From Carpediemonas membranifera BICM (Eukaryota > Protista > Fornicata): a DNA stretch of 64,000 bases. The translations under genes were made by a program, and so were the position numbers. The notes beneath the pieces were generated by a model that saw only the letters and a list, made by a program, of their open reading frames with translations, was not told where the DNA came from and searched no databases. This document shows, in pieces, positions 55,882 through 64,000 of this stretch. Each line of letters begins with the position of its first letter. The stretch's first letter is position 1. Where the stretch lies: NCBI GenBank assembly GCA_019828565.1, contig JAHDYR010000024.1:342834-406833 (forward strand), in the 5' to 3' direction.

Positions 55882-57450
55882 TTACAGCAAGCTCTTCATC
55901 ATCTCATCCCTGCTCATCGGCCGTGCACTCATCAGGATGTCCGACGGGATGTCCGCAGTCGACGGGGGCTTGAACACCACGCTCCGACTGGGCGTAGCCG
56001 GGGTGGGGGTCTTCGGCATCGGTGTCGTCGGGGCCGAGAGTATATCAGACAACCGGGACGACCCCCTGCTGTGGGTGGACCCCGGGCGTGGTGACTCGGG
56101 CAGCTGGCCCGCCTGGTCGACAACAGCGGCGTACTCGTCGGCCGGGACAACTTCTCTGAGCTCGTGGAGGGACGCCAGCATCTCCAGCGCCTTCTGCTCC
56201 ACGGCCCCGAGGACGTTGAGAGCGTTGGCCTCGGTGATCTCGCCACCCGCCAGGTCGTCGCACCCGAGCTTCGCGATGAGATCTGCGAGGATGACCTTGG
56301 TCTCGTTGAACTGGGCGAGGTGCTCCGCTGTGCTCTCGGCGAACCCTGTCTCCGACCGGTGGTACGACTCCAGACGGGTCTCCTGCTCGTGCAGCCGGCC
56401 GTTCATGGCATCATCCCTCTCGCCCGTGGTGGTCTCTACGTCTGCGAGCATCGCCTTGAGCTTGTTGAGCTCCTCCTCGAGCGCCTCCGCCTCATTTTGC
56501 AGCTCGTTCGTGAAGTTAAATAGCGAGAAGTTCTGATCCTCGGCCTCCACGAACAGCGGCACGAGGTCCTCGATGTCGTCGATCCCAGTCTCCTCCCGGA
56601 TGGTCTGGAACGCGTTCTCATAGAAGTCCACGTCATCTGGCCCCTCACTCTCGGCTGTCGGGGAGGCTGGCTGGGCAATCGCCATCGTCGGCGAGTCCTC
56701 CTCCTCGTGTCCCATCAGCACAGTACGTCTGATCTGCTCCCGCTCCATGATGCGGCCTAGCTCGCGGAACTCGGTCTCGTACGCCTTCGTCTCGAGGTCA
56801 AACTGCGTCTTTAGGTTGACGAGCTCAGTCTGGAGGCTCTCCCGTTCCTCGTACAGCTCCCGGCTCCGGTCCACCGTCTGGTCGATCGTTTTTCGCATGG
56901 ACTCCCTCTTGGCGAGGAGCTTGGCGTAATTCGTGTCAAACGACCCCCGCTCCTTCCGCAAGTTCTCAATCGTCTCGCGGTGGGCGCGGTTCTCGGCGAG
57001 GGCCTCGTTGTACCTCTGCAGCGCCTGCTCGAGTCTGTTCTCGAGCGTCTTGATCTGGCTTTCGGCTCTCGCCATCCTCGACATCCCTCCCTTCGTAAGC
57101 ATAGTCAGCTCGCGCTTCTTGTTGATAAGAGAGGACCGCATCTCCTTGAGCTTGCGACTGAGCTCCTTCTGACGCTGCTTCTCCTCGTTCATGAGACGTT
57201 GCATCTCCTGCTGTTGAGCCTGCAGTTTCTCGATCTTAGTGATGCTCTGCTTGTTGGTAACATCGGTAACAAAGCGGGTTTCGAGGGCCACTTTGTCCTG
57301 GAGGTCACCGTTCTCCTTCTCAAGCCGCGCAAGTGTTTTTTCCTGCTGTCTGAAAGTTCTCCGTGTCTCCTCAGCATATGCCTTGCGATCTGCTTCAAGA
57401 ATGGCACATTTCCTGGTTAAATCGAGGTTTTCAGAACTGTTCTCGCTCAT
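55882..57450 (-). CDS. Outer dynein arm docking complex subunit DC2 (CCDC63/CCDC114 family)
   Basis: LEADRKAYAEE, LENRLEQALQRYNEALAEN..RETIENLRKER, FVEAEDQNFSLFNF.NEL. Confidence 0.85.
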   Translation of the reverse strand: MSENSSENLDLTRKCAILEADRKAYAEETRRTFRQQEKTLARLEKENGDLQDKVALETRFVTDVTNKQSITKIEKLQAQQQEMQRLMNEEKQRQKELSRKLKEMRSSLINKKRELTMLTKGGMSRMARAESQIKTLENRLEQALQRYNEALAENRAHRETIENLRKERGSFDTNYAKLLAKRESMRKTIDQTVDRSRELYEERESLQTELVNLKTQFDLETKAYETEFRELGRIMEREQIRRTVLMGHEEEDSPTMAIAQPASPTAESEGPDDVDFYENAFQTIREETGIDDIEDLVPLFVEAEDQNFSLFNFTNELQNEAEALEEELNKLKAMLADVETTTGERDDAMNGRLHEQETRLESYHRSETGFAESTAEHLAQFNETKVILADLIAKLGCDDLAGGEITEANALNVLGAVEQKALEMLASLHELREVVPADEYAAVVDQAGQLPESPRPGSTHSRGSSRLSDILSAPTTPMPKTPTPATPSRSVVFKPPSTADIPSDILMSARPMSRDEMMKSLL

Positions 57451-57892
57451 CCACTCGTCTGTTCTGTTTTCAAAAATTCGACTCAGCGTTGCAGTCGACC
57501 GCAGACCACCATCCTTGGCGTCGGTGCGGTTGGGTCAGCCTGGCGCGATATACCCAGTACAACTAGCAGAGTCCGACGATTGTCGTCCCCAAACCGCTCT
57601 CCAACCGCTGAGGTTGATCAATGGACGCTGGATGGATGGGATCGACACACATCTCACTTGACACAGCTCGCAATGTTTATACGCAGCACAGTGCACCGAC
57701 CTGGTCATCCGCACGGTCCAGCAATTTAGTCCAGCCTCACCGCAACTGTGAGGGCACGCTGGTTCTGGGTTGCATTAGGGTCTGGGACACGGAGCACTAT
57801 GAGGGAGATGGCCTGGGGCCCCCGATGATGTCAATGACTTATCATGCTCGGACTTGCTTTCTCCGAAAGGGGCGACGCCGACAGAAAACTCA

Positions 57893-58918
57893 ATGAGCGA
57901 GCTGGTTGAGAAAGCGCAAAAGATCACCAGCTGGACAACACACAAACTCTTCAACGAAGCACAGTACGTCCTTGCAGCGCTCCCCTCGCCGGGAGACGCT
58001 GTCATCGCCTCGTTACCCAGAAACCGGTATTTTCAGCCAGTATTGACACCAATTATCGCTGGTTCATGCATGTGCCTGTCCTTCCTGGCGCTGGCCATCA
58101 TCACGGCATTCCTCGCGATCAGCCAGAATAACCGCGTTGCTATTTCCAAGCGGTACGACGACTTAAGCGCCACATCCCTCACGATGTCCCTCACCAAGGA
58201 GATGAAGAACGCCTACCTCTTCTACGAGCTCGAAGACTTCTACCAGAACCACAAGCGCTTCGCCGACTCCATCTCTTGGGAGCAGCTCAACACCGGGAGC
58301 GACAGCCAGGGCAACCTCGAGGACGCCTGCACCTACACCAAGGTCGTCTGCCGCACACTCAGCGACACGTGTGACCCGTGCGGCCTGGTCTACCGCGCCC
58401 ACTTCAACGACACATTCACCCTGACCAAGGTCGGCGGAAGTACAGTCACACTCGACCCGACCGTCGGTTGGAAGACTGACCGTGACAACAAGTTCGACGA
58501 CGCCTTTGAGAAGGGCGACCCAGACCGGGACCGGCTGACGTCTTGGATGCGGGTCTCCGGCCTTGGCGGCAAGACACTCAAGCCGTACGCCAAGGTCGGT
58601 GACCTGGACAAGGGCGACTACACCGTGGCGTTCAATAGCGTCTTCCCGGTCAACTCCTTTAGTGGCCAGAAGCGGGTCATTCTCATGGAAGTGGGCGACG
58701 TAGTGGGGGCCTTTGGTTGGGGCCTGCCACTGCTCAGCGGGGCAGCTGCCGGCCTGCTGCTGGTGTCTAGTCTAGTCATATGGTCGGTGATCGTTGCAAA
58801 GCTCGCGGTCACTCTCGTGCTGAAGGCGATCAACAAGAACAAGGCGGCCAAGGCCGGGGCCGGTCGCGAGGAGGAAGAGGAGACCACCTATCAGAGCCCT
58901 CTTGTCAGCCACATGTAA
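57893..58918 (+). CDS. CDC50/LEM3 flippase beta subunit
   Basis: QPVLTP, TM1, YLFYELEDFYQNHKRF, PCGL..FNDTF, WMR, FPV.SF.GQK, TM2. Confidence 0.88.
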   Translation: MSELVEKAQKITSWTTHKLFNEAQYVLAALPSPGDAVIASLPRNRYFQPVLTPIIAGSCMCLSFLALAIITAFLAISQNNRVAISKRYDDLSATSLTMSLTKEMKNAYLFYELEDFYQNHKRFADSISWEQLNTGSDSQGNLEDACTYTKVVCRTLSDTCDPCGLVYRAHFNDTFTLTKVGGSTVTLDPTVGWKTDRDNKFDDAFEKGDPDRDRLTSWMRVSGLGGKTLKPYAKVGDLDKGDYTVAFNSVFPVNSFSGQKRVILMEVGDVVGAFGWGLPLLSGAAAGLLLVSSLVIWSVIVAKLAVTLVLKAINKNKAAKAGAGREEEEETTYQSPLVSHM

Positions 58919-59707
58919 TCGATAAATGAGTCTGTTTTTGTCCAATGTTTAGTGGGCGAGCTGGGCGGGGGTCTTTGCGGTGGTCGCTTAGCCTGCGTGC
59001 TTCCAATAATTATCGAAGAAACGAGCGTGGTAACAAATGTGCCACATGTCCTGATGAAGGCCTCTGGGACGGTATCGCGTATCTTTTAGGTAGGGTAAAG
59101 GATTTGCCAGCGATACGTGACAAAGTTGTCCACCGCCCATGGGGGTGACATTGTCGATAATATCCAGTACGACTCGACTCAGACGGGGTCAAACAGAGGA
59201 GGAGAGGAGGATTAGTGCTGTGTTGGGAGAGCGCGGACATGGTGGGAGACTCGCGACTTGCCCCACAGGCGAGGAGTCACCGAGTGACCACTCCGACTGA
59301 CTTTCCTGTGTTATGGCCCGGGATTAATGGGACTTCCCTGACTCGGAATGTGCAGTTTATAAAGTTGTTACCGGATCCTATAGGAATACCACATTAGCAA
59401 CTCGGAGATCACCCAGGCGTTCATATTCGGGCAACGGCGAGCATCGTTCAGGATGGGCGAGGCAGCGTCGCTTGTCTCCGACATCTCTGACGGTTTGTGG
59501 GTCATCTATGACCCACTGGGGCCATCGTGCCCATAGCTGGACAGACTTGACGTGTTCATATTAACAGAGAGCCGGCCCGAGTCGGAGTGCCACACGCAAT
59601 AACCCAGTTCTGATCTGATCTCAATCCAGAGGTTGGGTTGACGTTTCCAAACCGAATTTATGAGAGAAACCAACCAGACTGCTAGAAATACAACAGAGGC
59701 ATCTGCA

Positions 59708-60520
59708 CTAAGCAAATGAATTCGTAAACCGGCGCCGACTCGACACTGAGCCTGCGCTGAGGACTGCCTCGTCCAAGGATGGGGTCGACGCTCGGTCGCT
59801 GGTGCTGCGGGTCGAGTAAAGCTGCCCGATCTCATCCACCTGGTTCCCCTGCCTCGGGGTGGTGCCGTCTAGACTCAACTCAGTGCGAGAGAGGTTCAAC
59901 GAGCGGAGTGTGGCCTCAATGTCGGCCTCATCGCTCGATTCCCCACGAGACACGAAGGAAGCCCGGCTAAACGACCGAGACCTGACAACATTCGCTGGGG
60001 CTATGCGGGTGAGCGGCGGCACGGGGCTGTTGTCCGAGCTGAGAGCACTCGGCGGAGACCTCGCTGACTCAAGGCTCGTGCACAGCGCGGGGTCCAGCTC
60101 AAGCGTCACTGAGTGAATCTGTGGGATGTGATAGAGAGGGGTGGCACTAGGGGAGCCCTTGGAGCGATGCCTGTGCCTGTGGGACGGCGAGTGAGTGGCG
60201 GAGAGGAGCGATGCCTCGGAACGGGAGTGGGTGATGCGATGCTTTCGCTTCGGAGGTGTATCATCGAGGAGATCCTTCCGTTCTGTGTCTTGTCCCTTTT
60301 CTTTCCGTGAATGATGGTGCTTTTCAACAACTTCCGCTTCGCGATGTGCGCTGGTTTCATGTGATCGCAGCGAAGACGGCTCAGTTGTTCCGGGAACATG
60401 CGCAACGACGCTTTTCGTCTTGCTGTTGTGTTTCATCGCTGGTTGTGCAACGGCGACACGCAGAGGAAATCTCCTTTCAGCCAGGAAAATTGAGTGCGCT
60501 GATCTGGTTGATTCAGTCAA
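59708..60520 (-). CDS. Hypothetical Ser/His-rich protein (possibly partial)
   Basis: 270-aa low-complexity ORF. Confidence 0.4.
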   Translation of the reverse strand: MTESTRSAHSIFLAERRFPLRVAVAQPAMKHNSKTKSVVAHVPGTTEPSSLRSHETSAHREAEVVEKHHHSRKEKGQDTERKDLLDDTPPKRKHRITHSRSEASLLSATHSPSHRHRHRSKGSPSATPLYHIPQIHSVTLELDPALCTSLESARSPPSALSSDNSPVPPLTRIAPANVVRSRSFSRASFVSRGESSDEADIEATLRSLNLSRTELSLDGTTPRQGNQVDEIGQLYSTRSTSDRASTPSLDEAVLSAGSVSSRRRFTNSFA

Positions 60521-60682
60521 GTACTGGCAGAATCAGACCTGCACACTGAATATCATCTCCCTTAAGGCCTATCCGACCAGTATTATATTTTTCCGCATGA
60601 TGTCATCTGGCACAAACCTGCACGACGACATCTCCAGCTCGACCCAACCCTCCAGGAAAACTTCTCAGCAACCCAACCGAGT

Positions 60683-61798
60683 TCATTTATGAAACACGCT
60701 GAGCGATGGCGGTGTGGGGTGCCCCTCCCCGACGAGTAGGGCCGTTAGGTCCCCCTCATCCACGCCACACTCCGCCCTGAGCACGTGAATGGCCCGCATG
60801 AGCGCCACGGCCCCGAAGCCCGTGCCCTGTTCGTGGAGGTCATCTGACACGCCCCGCACAGCTGCGAGCAGGAGGTCTGGACCGGGCGAGAGGGCCTGAC
60901 TCCGTTCCCGGGCCACGTTTGCCAGGGTCCGGACTGCTGGGGGCGGGTGGCCGTCGTTGTCGATGAGGATGAAAGTCCAGAGGATGCCATACGTCAGACG
61001 GCGGGAGAAGAGCTCCGTAGCCCGCTCGACGACGGCCTGGCCGCCCCAGGGCCCACCCTTGGTCGGCCTGTCCTTCCCAATGGAGTCAACCAGCGTGGGG
61101 AGTGGCGGCCGGCCCTTCATGGCGCGGAGCCGCTGCTGGGAGAAGGCAGCCAGACGCTCGGCCAGCTTGTCCTGTGGGGTGACGGCCTTGGCTGAGCCCG
61201 CCTGCCCCATGTCCTCCCTATCGATGGGCTGGCGCTTTCCCTTACACCGAGGACACTGGATGAAGAGGGACGCTCCGTGGAGCCGGGGCCGGCGAGGGGT
61301 GAAGGCGTCCACACCGACGGGGCTGTCCAGCTTAAGCTGCACTGACCCACACCGCTTGCAACAGAACTGCCTTCCGTCCGCAGTGAACGGGGAGGCGAGA
61401 CCGGCGTCCAGCATGACCCTGTGCAGGTGAGAATAGACCGCGGTCAGGTCTGTGACGCTCTTGACGACGGGGAAGAACTCGCTGGGGTCCTCAGCCGTCT
61501 CGGGCCGCGGGAGGGTGTCGAGGAGGTGGATTCCAAGGCTGACGCGCCGCTTGCGTCTCTCGGATGACTGCAGGCGTTCCTGGAGAGAACGGGGAAACCT
61601 TGATGTAATCGCGGGGTCCCGAACTGAGATCAAACGCTGCAGACGGGCAGCTGATTCCCGCACCGCGGCGGTTCGCGAAGACGGGTCATGTGCCGTTGTT
61701 CCCTCGTTCTTTTCGAGTTGAGCGTTGCGAGGTGATGGCTGTTTGCTTGGTATGTACATTGAGTCGATATGAGCTAGAGCAAAGAGCTTTCTGTTCAT
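60683..61798 (-). CDS. Hypothetical protein with CxxC..CxxC zinc ribbon
   Basis: 371-aa ORF containing CKRCG..CPRC. Confidence 0.5.
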   Translation of the reverse strand: MNRKLFALAHIDSMYIPSKQPSPRNAQLEKNEGTTAHDPSSRTAAVRESAARLQRLISVRDPAITSRFPRSLQERLQSSERRKRRVSLGIHLLDTLPRPETAEDPSEFFPVVKSVTDLTAVYSHLHRVMLDAGLASPFTADGRQFCCKRCGSVQLKLDSPVGVDAFTPRRPRLHGASLFIQCPRCKGKRQPIDREDMGQAGSAKAVTPQDKLAERLAAFSQQRLRAMKGRPPLPTLVDSIGKDRPTKGGPWGGQAVVERATELFSRRLTYGILWTFILIDNDGHPPPAVRTLANVARERSQALSPGPDLLLAAVRGVSDDLHEQGTGFGAVALMRAIHVLRAECGVDEGDLTALLVGEGHPTPPSLSVFHK

Positions 61799-62074
61799 AG
61801 TATAAAATGGTAGTGGGCTTAATCGTGTACTGAGCCAAACAATCGAGAAGTCGGGAAGTCAGCTCGAGTCAACCGTCGCCAAACCCCGTTGATAGCTTCC
61901 ATTCGCTGTGTCTGAGAGACTGTACTGTTCAATAGTGAGGGTTGGACGAGACTGAGTTGGGTCCACCCGAGGAAGGCTTAGGGTTGCAGCCTCACAGGGA
62001 CCATAGCATTCCCAAGGGCCACACATAAAGACTACTACGACCACTGACCTTAAGAGCTAGAGATTTACAACAGC

Positions 62075-63548
<1,474 letters not shown>

Positions 63549-64000
63549 GCTGGAAGTTTTGTCTTTCAAGACAGTGTTCTGAGTCTCAATCCGTCCTCCG
63601 TTGACCGGCGAGGAAGAGATCCTCCAGATTTCTCCAGAGACGAAAAGTATGAGAGGAGTGCCGGAGGAGGTTTTCAGCCATCATCGAGCCGGCCCAAGGC
63701 CTTTTTCCAATTCTCGCAGATTCTTGCCACATGATCTAAGCGATTTGGTAGCAAGGGTGGACAGTTCAAAAAACTAAGTCGACCCCCGATGTCCACAGGT
63801 CCATAGTATGGTCATACTGCCGCAGTTTGCTGACTGGTCTGAAAATGGGCAAATCTTGAGCACCACTTGATTGACACACACATGCAGCATTTGCGTGGGG
63901 AAACCTGCTGTACATCCACTATCGACGTCAGAGAGGCAGCTGGCGGTGGTTATCAGCGTTCACGTCCCTCACGTCATGTGACAAGTCAAGCTGACTCGCT

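Overview
Eukaryotic (protist) DNA. About 52.5 kb is a five-layer nest of mobile elements, followed by about 11 kb of ordinary host genes: PepD dipeptidase, ODA-DC2/CCDC114-like, CDC50/LEM3 and an intron-containing NADP-GDH. The GDH intron ends ACTAACACAG, which suggests a metamonad host (inference). The main finding is a 47.9-kb DNA transposon (1607-49507) with ~60-bp TIRs starting CATG and a 2-bp GT target duplication. It splits a Ty3/Gypsy pol gene, and removing it restores the reading frame. It encodes a divergent CMC/EnSpm-like DDE transposase plus cargo: PHD, SET, OTU-like, Swt1-like HEPN, a kinase and a tyrosine-recombinase-like protein. Nested inside is a second, diverged member of the same family (22541-33883; 50-bp TIRs starting CATA, 2-bp AA TSD) with its own transposase and parallel cargo (PHD, caspase-like, SET, OTU, HTH, GNAT). 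The giant element also holds two copies of a 4.9-kb non-coding LTR element, an intact chromodomain Gypsy, and a six-copy ~470-bp module tied to cargo duplications. All three LTR families have a 12-bp palindrome where a tRNA primer-binding site should be. Domain calls come from motif reading by eye and no searches were run. Several frameshifts fall in homopolymers and may be long-read errors.
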